This document shows positions 10,295 to 18,798 of a DNA stretch of 64,000 bases, piece by piece. The translations under genes and the position numbers were made by a program. The stretch spans positions 96,001 to 160,000 of the forward strand of contig CAVZIW010000001.1 of assembly GCA_963775465.1 (NCBI GenBank). The letters run 5' to 3'. Source of the stretch: Candidatus Bathyarchaeota archaeon. Its GTDB lineage: Archaea > Thermoproteota > Bathyarchaeia > Bathyarchaeales > Bathycorpusculaceae. Under the pieces are notes generated by a model that made no database searches, was not told the DNA's origin, and saw nothing but the letters and a program-made list of their open reading frames with translations. Every line of letters begins with the position of its first letter. Positions within the stretch are counted from its first letter, which is position 1.

Positions 10295-13200
10295 TTGCCT
10301 GCTGCAAAGAATAATGCAATGAGAGTTCTACATGTTGAAGATGATCCATCCATCATAGAAATCTCGAAACGCATTCTAACTGAAATGAATCCCAACTTTA
10401 AGATCGAAGGTGCAAGTTGTGTTGATGAAGCCTTCAAGAAACTGTCAACTGGAAGATATGATGTCGTGGTTTCAGATTATGGGCTGCCCAGAAAAAACGG
10501 TTTACAGTTCCTTAAAGAGTTGCGTGAAGCAAAAAACGAAATCCCATTCATCCTATTTACAGGCAAAAGCAAAGAAGAAGTAGTTATCGAAGCCCTAAAT
10601 CTCGGAGCAGATGGATACTTCAACAAACAAGGCAATCTAAAGACAGTTTATGGAGAATTGGCTCATCGAATTAAGCGATTAGTAGATCAAAATCGCCCTA
10701 GTGCAACGTTATACAGTGAAAAAGAACGTTTTAGCCAACTATTCAATAACACACCTATGGCTGTAGCAATCTACGAGGCAGTTGATTATGGAGAAGATTT
10801 TATTATTAAAGATTTTAATGCCGCCGCTGAACAGATTGAAAAAATTGATAAAAAGGAGATTTTAGAAAAACGCGTTACTGCAGTTTTTCCTGGTGTAAAA
10901 AAATTTGGCATTTTTGAGGTTTTCAAACGTGTTTGGAATAGTGGGAAAACAGAACATTTTCCCGCAGCGATATATCAAGATGATCGAGAAAATGGTTCGT
11001 GGCGTGAAAACTGGGTGTTTAAACTATCAAACAATATCATCGTGGCTATTTACTGGGATGTCTCCGAACGTAAACGGGCTGAAAAGACGCTGATTCAAAG
11101 CGAGTCACATTACCGTTTGTTAGCAGATAATATGCATGATGTCATTTGGACAATGGATTTAGAGGGTCATTTCACATATGTTAGTCCATCGGTCTACCAG
11201 TTGAGAGGCTATACGTCTGAAGAAGTAATGAAACAATCAATTTCTGAAGCTCTATCTCCGGATTCAGCAATAAAAGTATTTGAGGGGATGAAAGTCTTCA
11301 ATGAAACTGGAAAAATTCCTTCTTCTTATTTTGAATTACAGCAACCTTGTAAAGATGGTTCAGTTGTTCTTACTGAAGTTAACTTTTCCGTTCTTCATGA
11401 CCAAGATGGAAGACCTTACTCTATTTTAGGTGTAAGCCGTGATGTTACCCAACGAAAGGAAGCTGAAGACGAACTTAAGCAGAAAAATGAGATTCTTGAA
11501 AGAGTAGCGGAAAGCATTGATGCTGGCTTGGCCATAATCGGCAAGGATTACCGTGTGGTTTGGGCTAATAAGCGTCTTAACGATTTGGGTGTTTTACCTG
11601 ACAAGAAGTGCTACCAGACCTTTAACAGGCTAAATTCAGTTTGTCCTGATTGCGGGGTTAAGAAAGTTTTTGAGGAAAACGCAGTTTTAGATGTCCATGA
11701 ATTTGAAACAGTAGATAAGAACGGTGAAAAAACTTGGATTGAGCTAAGAGTTAACCCTCTAAGAGATAAAAATGGAAACGTGATAGCTGCAATAGAACTT
11801 GCAGTGCCAGTCACTGAGCGGAAGAAAGCTGAAATAAAATTGAGAAAAAGTGAAGAAAAGCACAGGAATCTTGCGGATTCTCTGCCTGAAATCGTTTTTG
11901 AGACGGATATTTATGGTAAATTAATTTATGCAAATCAAAGCGCTTTTAGAATAACTGGCTATACTAAAGCTGATTTTGACAAAGGGATTTGTGTTTTCGA
12001 TATAATTGAAGAAAAAGACAAAAAGAAAGCCAAAAAAGAATTCAAAAGAATAATCGCAAATAAACCTACCGTTGACAAAGAGTACTTTTTTGTTAGAAAA
12101 GATGGCAGCATCTGTCCAACAATGACTTACAGTAAACCAATCATTGTTGATGGTAAAACTGTTGGTATCAGAGGCATAGCCGTAGATATTACGCAACATA
12201 AAAAAGCCGAAGAAGCTCTAAAAGAAAGTGAGAATAGATTAAGAGCAATAGTTGCTAATGCTCAAATCGGAATTGCAACATCAGATGATAATAACCGCTT
12301 CTTAAGCGCAAATGAAGCATTCTGCAAAATACTAGGCTACACTGAAGAGGAACTGCAGAAACTAACCTACAAAGACATAACGTATCCAAGTGATCTCAAA
12401 GTGAGCATTCTGAAAATGAATGATCTAAAAAACGGCAGAATATCATCCTTCACGATTGAAAAACGATACGTTAAAAAAGATGGAACTGTGATTGACGCAA
12501 AAATAATGGTTAGTGGAGTGCCAAATGAGAATAGCCAGCCCAGTCTTTTTGTTGCTGAACTTGAAGACATCACCGAGCAAAAGGTCTTGGAAAGTAAGGT
12601 AAACAACTATTCTAAACACTTGGAAAGTTTAGTTGAATTGAGAACTGCCCAGTTAAAGAGTGCTAATGAACGACTGGTCAAGTCTGAACGTCTTGCAACT
12701 ATAGGTGAATTAGCTGGAATGGTTGGCCATGACCTCCGCAATCCTTTAGCAGCGATTAAGAACGCAGCATATTACCTGAAAAAGAAAGATCCATCAATTT
12801 CTGAAGCGCAATCTCAAGAAATGCTAGAAATCCTTGATAGAGCTATTAACCACTCAGACAAAATCATCAATGATCTACTAGATTATTCAAGGGAACTGCA
12901 TTTGAGCCTCAAAAAATGTTCAGTTCCATATCTTATTGATTTGACTCTTGGAATGATAAAGGTTCCAGAACAAATTAAAATTGTTAATCTTGTTCATAAT
13001 GAATCTTGGGTTTCGGTCGACGCTGAAAAGATTATGCGTGTCTTCATTAATCTAATTGAGAATGCACTTGACGCAATGTCTGATAAAGGAAAACTCGAAA
13101 TCACGAGTTGCCTATCAACAGATTACGTGGAGATTGCATTCAAAGATAACGGCACAGGGATTCCAGATGACATTTTGCCAAAGCTTTTTTTGCCATTGAT

Positions 13201-13396
13201 AACGACGAAGGCACAAGGAATGGGGTTTGGTTTGGCGTTTTGTAAACGTATTATTGAAGCTCATGGAGGATCCATAAAAGTAAAAACAAAATTGAATAAA
13301 GGAACAACTTTTACGGTGACTTTGCCACTTAAAATAAAAGAGAATAATGAACAAGAAAAAATTTGGCTGAGCTTGCCTGATAAGATAGTAACTTAA
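10295..13396 (+). CDS. Hybrid REC-multi-PAS sensor histidine kinase
   Basis: N-terminal REC (VLHVEDD, VVSDY), several PAS/PAC repeats, HisKA GHDLRNPL, HATPase NLIENA, DNGTGI, GMGFGL. Confidence 0.95.
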   Translation: MPAAKNNAMRVLHVEDDPSIIEISKRILTEMNPNFKIEGASCVDEAFKKLSTGRYDVVVSDYGLPRKNGLQFLKELREAKNEIPFILFTGKSKEEVVIEALNLGADGYFNKQGNLKTVYGELAHRIKRLVDQNRPSATLYSEKERFSQLFNNTPMAVAIYEAVDYGEDFIIKDFNAAAEQIEKIDKKEILEKRVTAVFPGVKKFGIFEVFKRVWNSGKTEHFPAAIYQDDRENGSWRENWVFKLSNNIIVAIYWDVSERKRAEKTLIQSESHYRLLADNMHDVIWTMDLEGHFTYVSPSVYQLRGYTSEEVMKQSISEALSPDSAIKVFEGMKVFNETGKIPSSYFELQQPCKDGSVVLTEVNFSVLHDQDGRPYSILGVSRDVTQRKEAEDELKQKNEILERVAESIDAGLAIIGKDYRVVWANKRLNDLGVLPDKKCYQTFNRLNSVCPDCGVKKVFEENAVLDVHEFETVDKNGEKTWIELRVNPLRDKNGNVIAAIELAVPVTERKKAEIKLRKSEEKHRNLADSLPEIVFETDIYGKLIYANQSAFRITGYTKADFDKGICVFDIIEEKDKKKAKKEFKRIIANKPTVDKEYFFVRKDGSICPTMTYSKPIIVDGKTVGIRGIAVDITQHKKAEEALKESENRLRAIVANAQIGIATSDDNNRFLSANEAFCKILGYTEEELQKLTYKDITYPSDLKVSILKMNDLKNGRISSFTIEKRYVKKDGTVIDAKIMVSGVPNENSQPSLFVAELEDITEQKVLESKVNNYSKHLESLVELRTAQLKSANERLVKSERLATIGELAGMVGHDLRNPLAAIKNAAYYLKKKDPSISEAQSQEMLEILDRAINHSDKIINDLLDYSRELHLSLKKCSVPYLIDLTLGMIKVPEQIKIVNLVHNESWVSVDAEKIMRVFINLIENALDAMSDKGKLEITSCLSTDYVEIAFKDNGTGIPDDILPKLFLPLITTKAQGMGFGLAFCKRIIEAHGGSIKVKTKLNKGTTFTVTLPLKIKENNEQEKIWLSLPDKIVT

Positions 13397-13774
13397 AGAT
13401 GTTCTCATTTGTGCATTTTTTACAATTTGCCCTATATACTTTTTAACCAAATAACCTCCGGGTCTTTTCATGGTTTATTCGAGTTTTGGCGCTTTAGTGA
13501 TTCTCGCAAAACCCCTGAAAAAGGCAGAGTTTGAAAAGCTTTTAAACATTTAGAAATCAATATGAACTGTGTCCCGGTGGCGCAACCGAATTCATACAAA
13601 GTAGCTAAAAAGTATTGCCCAAAATGTTGTGCCGGAACAGCCCCTAAAGTTGAAGATCCCAAATGCGGATAAGACTAAGACATAAGCAAATTTCCTAAAA
13701 AAAGACAAGGGATATGGTGCGGGTAATGTTGACGGGTGACAATATATATTTAGTTATGCACCCAATCAAAAGCC

Positions 13775-14713
13775 ATGGAACCTCAAATTTGCACTTGCTG
13801 CAAAACTCGTCGAGCTTTCTTTTTTCGACAGTACTCAGGGGAGCGGCTGTGCAAAAAATGCTTTACCCAATCCATCGAAGCCAAAGTTCGCGCAACAATT
13901 ACCCGTTACCATATGTTAAACTTTAATGATCATCTGGCGGTGGCGGTTTCAGGAGGCAAAGACAGCCTTAGCATACTTTACATTTTGGCGAAGCTTAGGA
14001 AGTTCCGACCTAAAACCACTCTAACGGCGGTCACTGTGGATGAAGGTATCAAAGGGTATCGTGACGAAGCTTTGGAAATTGCTTCCGCTTTATGTGAGAA
14101 GCTTGCGGTTCCTCAACATCTTGTTTCTTTTAAGGAATTGTACGGTTTTACGCTTGATGAAATGATAGCGCGAGTTCGTGAAAGGGGGCGAACTGAACTT
14201 ACTGCTTGCGCTTATTGCGGTGTACTGCGGCGGAGGGCTATAAACGCAGGTGCAAAGCAAGTTAAAGCTGACAAAATCGCAACTGGACACACCTTAGATG
14301 ATGAAGTTCAAACGGAGCTTATGAACATTTTTCATGGTGACATCGCACGCTTAGCCAAAGAGAAACCCGTCACAAGTGAAGTACATCCTTTATTCGTGCA
14401 GAAAATCAAGCCTTTTTGTGAAATTCCTGAAAAAGAAAGTGCTCTTTACGCTTATGTTAAAAAAATCGATTTCCAAGACACTCCTTGTCCTTATGCTTCG
14501 GAAGCGTTACGTAACGACATCCGAGGAATGCTCAACTGCATTGAAGCTAAACATGCGGGAACCAAGTTCACGGTTTTCAAAGCTATAGAGCGACTGCGTC
14601 CAGCCATCGAAGAAACTGTTAAAAAAGAAAGCTTTAAAACTTGCATGGAATGTGGTGAGCCTTCTGCTTTGGATATTTGTAAAACTTGTGAAATGCTTCG
14701 GCATGTGCGTTAA
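13775..14713 (+). CDS. tRNA 2-thiolation enzyme, TIGR00269 / NcsA-TtuA-Ctu1 family
   Basis: PP-loop AVSGGKDS, CAYCGVLRR, ATGHTLDDE, CPY, and N- and C-terminal CxxC Zn fingers. Confidence 0.92.
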   Translation: MEPQICTCCKTRRAFFFRQYSGERLCKKCFTQSIEAKVRATITRYHMLNFNDHLAVAVSGGKDSLSILYILAKLRKFRPKTTLTAVTVDEGIKGYRDEALEIASALCEKLAVPQHLVSFKELYGFTLDEMIARVRERGRTELTACAYCGVLRRRAINAGAKQVKADKIATGHTLDDEVQTELMNIFHGDIARLAKEKPVTSEVHPLFVQKIKPFCEIPEKESALYAYVKKIDFQDTPCPYASEALRNDIRGMLNCIEAKHAGTKFTVFKAIERLRPAIEETVKKESFKTCMECGEPSALDICKTCEMLRHVR

Positions 14714-14913
14714 CTTTTGACAAAGCCTTTTTCGCTTTTTAGTTTTTTGAGAATTTCTGACGCTTCTTTAGCTGTATTTGCAGATGCAACTTTTTGTGCA
14801 CGCAAAAGGGTCACATTTGCGCCGCAGTAAGGGCAAATTTTGGTCTTCTGTGCTTTTGCAGTAAGCATATAACCTCCGCATTTGGTGCATTTTACGATTA
14901 CTGTGGTGCCCAT
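14710..14913 (-). CDS. Small Zn-ribbon protein (DUF1922-like)
   Basis: CTKCG...KTKICPYCG; likely ATG at 14913. Confidence 0.75.
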   Translation of the reverse strand: MGTTVIVKCTKCGGYMLTAKAQKTKICPYCGANVTLLRAQKVASANTAKEASEILKKLKSEKGFVKS

Positions 14914-14987
14914 TTGTTGGTAGCTTCCGAAAACCTTTTTCACATACAAGCAGATAACAGTTTAGTAGGGATAAGAGAGCGAGCATC

Positions 14988-15347
14988 ATGAGAGATGAAG
15001 GTCAGGTAAAACCTAGAAATCGTTTAATCGAATTGGCAGTTAAGTACTTCAAAAAGGAAGGTTACAAATTAAATTATGAAAATGCCCAGTTAGAGGGTCA
15101 TAGCGGTATACTGCGTCATTTTGATTTGATTGTGCAGAAAGGGCGTTTTGAGCAGGGTGTCTGGGTTAGAGATTGGAATCGCACAATAGGTGTAAATGTC
15201 ATTATTAATTTGGATTCAGCCTCTGACGATGTGGGCATGTCAAGCCCAATAATGATAGGCGATAAATTCAGTGACCATGCAAAATCATATAGCAATCGCC
15301 GAAAAATCACGTTGTTAACTAAGCAAAAACTCGGAAGCTTACGTTAG
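14988..15347 (+). CDS. Mrr-like restriction-endonuclease-fold protein (degenerate active site)
   Basis: YF.KEGYK...LEGHSGI..HFDL.V...GKFS..AK.Y...RKI.L pattern of the Mrr_cat fold; the D-x-ExK motif is altered (VWVRD). Confidence 0.65.
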   Translation: MRDEGQVKPRNRLIELAVKYFKKEGYKLNYENAQLEGHSGILRHFDLIVQKGRFEQGVWVRDWNRTIGVNVIINLDSASDDVGMSSPIMIGDKFSDHAKSYSNRRKITLLTKQKLGSLR

Positions 15348-15350
15348 ACC

Positions 15351-15932
15351 TTAAGCTCTAAGGTACTGATCGGTTAATCCTTCTTTTTCTAGCATTCCAA
15401 GCCAATCTACAAATCCAATGCAACATTTCTTAGGGGCGCCCAAAACATCTAGTATTTCAGCTGTGACTTCATCCACAGTTTTTGAGGTGGCATCGATTTC
15501 GCATACTTTGCCTTGCTGGGTTTGAATGGCTTCAATTAGGCAGCTGTCAAGAATCTCAGCGGAGAGGTTTTCCCAAAGCTTGTTTTCTGTATACCCGCGG
15601 TTTTCCATGAAGATTTTAAGTTCTTTTGGGTTTCGCCGCAAAACAAACACGTTGCTGACAAGCTCGCTTGGAGTAACAGCTGGAGCGTAGTGTCCGTCAA
15701 TGATAATCGTCTGATTGGATGAATCTTGGATTGTTTTTTCCAGTTCTTGTCGCATAGCTTTTTCGTTAATTATCGTTGTTTGGCGTATTTTGTCTTCGTC
15801 AAGTGTTAAGTTACGGGTTTTTGCATAGTTCGTTAAGTTGATGTATTCCGCGTTGAGCTTGTCGGTTAGGATCTTTGCAATTGTGGTTTTTCCTACGCAT
15901 GGCGTGCCTGTTATGAGGATAACGTGTTTCAT
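15351..15932 (-). CDS. Archaeal adenylate kinase (AK6/Fap7/hCINAP family)
   Basis: P-loop ITGTPCVGKTT, IIDGH and RGY.E.K..EN..AEI. Confidence 0.92.
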   Translation of the reverse strand: MKHVILITGTPCVGKTTIAKILTDKLNAEYINLTNYAKTRNLTLDEDKIRQTTIINEKAMRQELEKTIQDSSNQTIIIDGHYAPAVTPSELVSNVFVLRRNPKELKIFMENRGYTENKLWENLSAEILDSCLIEAIQTQQGKVCEIDATSKTVDEVTAEILDVLGAPKKCCIGFVDWLGMLEKEGLTDQYLRA

Positions 15933-16089
15933 GGATTATGTTCTGTTGGGCGCTTAATTATTGGTTTTGGCTCTCAAAAAAGCATCAAAAAAGCTTAGCT
16001 CTATGGAGTTGTCTTCTATTTTGTTCGATCAAGGCAAAATTCCCACGTTTGGTGGTTATCTTTATTGGTTGGAACTGTGCAGTTTGAAT

Positions 16090-16402
16090 TGGGCTGGCGT
16101 GTTGGTGTGTGGCTTTCGGACCCCAAAGGGTCTGAGGAAACTCCGCCCACATGTAGAATTGCAGTGCCCTCAGGGTACAAGTCGAGAGGCTTGGCAACGG
16201 AGCAGAAACGAAACGTCCAACTGGATATGGCCATGACACATTTGTGATGTCGAGTCCGCCAGCTTGGAAACGATGAAACGGCCGTCCTGCAAGTGGAAAG
16301 GGCAAACAGCGCCGATGAAGTCTCTACCGGAAGGTGCAGGTAGCCCGATTAGCCGAATGCCACAAATAACAGAAGGCGGGTTACGGCCAATACACCAGCC
16401 CA
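16090..16402 (+). ncRNA. rnpB: RNase P RNA (archaeal)
   Basis: P1: GGGCTGGCGTGTTGGT pairs with GCCAATACACCAGCCC. P2: TGTGGC/GCCACA. P3: GGACCC/GGGTCT. CR-I GAGGAAACTCCGCC pairs with GGCGGGTT (P4). Conserved GCAGAAAC, TGAAACGGC, TTAGCCGAATG and AACAGAAGGCGGGTTA are present. Confidence 0.95.
16373..16401 (+). repeat. attL core (rnpB 3' end: P4 and P1 3' strands)
   Basis: AAGGCGGGTTACGGCCAATACACCAGCCC, repeated at 24931. Confidence 0.9.
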
Positions 16403-16471
16403 CGTATTCAACAGAAGATAGCTGAAATAACAAATAACAGCCCTTCTGTTATATACGCCAATTCTAATGCT

Positions 16472-17431
16472 TTGGAATATTGGAAAAAGGAATTAGCAAA
16501 TAGAGACAGCAAAACTGCTTTACGATATCTCCAATACTTCAAGGGTTTCGTGGAATACATGGGACTGACTCCAGACCAAATATTAGCACAGCGAGAGCTG
16601 GATTTAAGAAGTTTAAATAGAAAAGTACAGCGCAGATTTGAAAGTGAATTCAAAGCCTACTTAGCCAAGAAAAGGGATGAAGGATTCAAAATTGCCACCC
16701 AGCAAGTAATGTTTGCTGCAATTCGCTCATTTTTTGAAATTCACTATTGCCCTCTAATAATGAGGAAAGGAGACTATCCAAAAGGAGATAGTAACGGTGT
16801 AAAAAGAGCAACAAAAGAAGCTATACTCAAAATCTTAACAAATAAAACAAGAAATTCCTTCACTTCACACACTCTTATTTTATTCATCAAGGATACTGGA
16901 TTACGCATTAGCGACGTAGTTGCAATGAAATGTGGAGACATTCCCCATCAGATTGAGAAAGGAATTTGCCCCATACAAATTAACGTAATCACTGAGAAAA
17001 CTAACCTCTTAGCTAAGACTTTCATAGGAAAAGAAGCCATCGATGCACTCAAAACCTATCTCGAAATACGAAAAGTTGGAAGTAAATGGCATAAGGAAAT
17101 AATTCCTGAAAAAATAACGCCAAATAGCCCATTGTTTAGATCTTGGACTTGTGGCTTAGTTAAGCCTTTGAACCGAATAACCGCTTCGCATCTGATCCGA
17201 AACGCATTTCTCTACATTGAAGAGAAGAGGATGTCAGCTCACAGTTTGCGAAAGAAGCTTCAAACAGATTTGGAGAAAGCTGGAGTAAACTCTAACTGGA
17301 TAGACCAGATCTTAGGGCATCAACTCATAAACAGCCGAGACGCATACAGTTTACCGACTGATGAAGAGTTAAAAGATGCCTATACAATCGCATACCAATA
17401 CATCAATCTATTCAGATTCTACATTAACTAA
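16472..17431 (+). CDS. Tyrosine recombinase/integrase, catalytic portion int(C)
   Basis: Catalytic residues DTGLRISD (R), EKT (K), HSLRK (HxxR), ILGH (H) and DAY (Y). The frame is open upstream to 16370, through the att site. Confidence 0.93.
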   Translation: MEYWKKELANRDSKTALRYLQYFKGFVEYMGLTPDQILAQRELDLRSLNRKVQRRFESEFKAYLAKKRDEGFKIATQQVMFAAIRSFFEIHYCPLIMRKGDYPKGDSNGVKRATKEAILKILTNKTRNSFTSHTLILFIKDTGLRISDVVAMKCGDIPHQIEKGICPIQINVITEKTNLLAKTFIGKEAIDALKTYLEIRKVGSKWHKEIIPEKITPNSPLFRSWTCGLVKPLNRITASHLIRNAFLYIEEKRMSAHSLRKKLQTDLEKAGVNSNWIDQILGHQLINSRDAYSLPTDEELKDAYTIAYQYINLFRFYIN

Positions 17432-17609
17432 GGAAGGATCTAAACAAAAGACAAATGTTTCATACGAGTCGACAAAAGCAGACAACTGCGATTATTCAGT
17501 AGCAGAGGCAAGAAATATTATAGAAGTAAAAACACTATTGGCAAAAGGCTTCAAATATGAGATGGACTACGATGGCATTAAGCTATTTACAAAAAATAGG
17601 CACTTTTAA
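17406..17609 (+). pseudogene. Probable frameshifted C-terminal tail of the integrase
   Basis: An overlapping ORF in another frame ends YSVAEARNIIEVKTLLAKGFKYEMDYDGIKLFTK, resembling the short C-terminal domain of many archaeal integrases (recalled, not searched). It has no independent start signal. Confidence 0.55.
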
Positions 17610-17661
17610 TGTTTGAAAGTCTTTTATACTTAAAAAACTGAAAACCCATAGAGGTAATTTC

Positions 17662-18450
17662 GTGAATCGAAGTCCAATTCAAGAACATACTACTGCACTT
17701 GTAAAGAACCTGATTAATGAATCAAAATCACTAAAAAAATTGGATCAAACAACAGTTAATGGCCGTCTAAAAGAACTGTTTATCTCTAAACTATTGAGCA
17801 AGTTTCTAACTAGCCAATTCGGAATAGGAAGTGGAGTGATAATTAATCAAATAGGCAAAGCTAGCAAGCAAATTGACATCATAATATATGATAAGAGAAT
17901 ACTACCACCGTTTATTGTTGAGCAAAACATAGGCGTTTATCCGATTGAATCTGTTTTAGCTGCCATTGAGGTACGAAGTCACGTAGATAAGTCGACAATT
18001 AAAATGTATGCAGAAAAAGCAACAAAATTAACTGCTGAAATATATGATTCTGATTGGAGTTTATACAGAGACTACTCGAAATATTTACCGTTTTATTGCC
18101 TTGTAGGTTTTTGTGATAAAGAACCATTTAAAGGTAAGAATTTTGACGAGATCTGGAGTTGGATGGCAAACAATGCCAAACCGCTTTTCGGCGTTTGCAT
18201 TATAAATAAACTTTCTTGGTTAAAAGTCTGTGGCGTAAAAGGTGCATTACATTTAGTAGACGATAATAGCGAGGAGACGAAAGCATTTATAGCGATCTTG
18301 CTTGACAATATTCGTACTTCTTCTCAGCGGAGATACCTGCACCTTGCTTATCACATAGATTGGCTAGGAATTTACACTCGAGATCAAACGGGAATAAAGA
18401 ATATTTTTGAGCAAAGAGAGGTTTCAAGAAAAGCGCAAGGAAAATTCTAG
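17662..18450 (+). CDS. DUF6602-type PD-(D/E)XK nuclease-like protein
   Basis: G.LKE....LL..FL...FGIGSG.II...SKQIDIIIYD...P.ESVLAAIEVRS pattern; RBS GAGGT before the GTG. Confidence 0.75.
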   Translation: MNRSPIQEHTTALVKNLINESKSLKKLDQTTVNGRLKELFISKLLSKFLTSQFGIGSGVIINQIGKASKQIDIIIYDKRILPPFIVEQNIGVYPIESVLAAIEVRSHVDKSTIKMYAEKATKLTAEIYDSDWSLYRDYSKYLPFYCLVGFCDKEPFKGKNFDEIWSWMANNAKPLFGVCIINKLSWLKVCGVKGALHLVDDNSEETKAFIAILLDNIRTSSQRRYLHLAYHIDWLGIYTRDQTGIKNIFEQREVSRKAQGKF

Positions 18451-18798
18451 TAATTTGGCTACAACTTATTAATTCGTTCCAGTTTGCGCGGGTCGCTCCG
18501 CTTCCCCGCTTTCTTTCAAATGAAAAGAAAGACAAGAAAAGAAACGGTTGCAATTGCAAAACCTTCCTACACTTTAGACCTTCGTCAACGAACCAAAAAA
18601 CTATGCGCATCAATCACATATCGTTCTCTTAATAGAAAAAAGAGTTATCTAAAGTAAAAACTAAAATATCAATAATTTTAAATAATGTTGAATTGAATTC
18701 ATTTGGATTTAAGAATAGATATTTCGATAAATTTTATTTGATGCAAAATTTCTTATACAACTTACGTCTAGAATTTATAGTTAGCGAGGTATGTTGCA

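Noticed and set aside
13562-13672. 36-aa Cys-rich ORF (MNCVPVAQ...YCPKCCAG...KCG)
   Set aside because: Very short, only one CxxC, and no convincing RBS or promoter spacing; cannot be supported without homologs.
14988-15347. Restriction-modification system
   Set aside because: No methyltransferase nearby, a degenerate catalytic motif, and a housekeeping gene context.
15961-16433. Several short ORFs on both strands (15961-16236, 15985-16305, 16016-16234, 16065-16247, 16170-16433)
   Set aside because: They overlap the RNase P RNA gene and have no protein motifs, so they are shadow ORFs.
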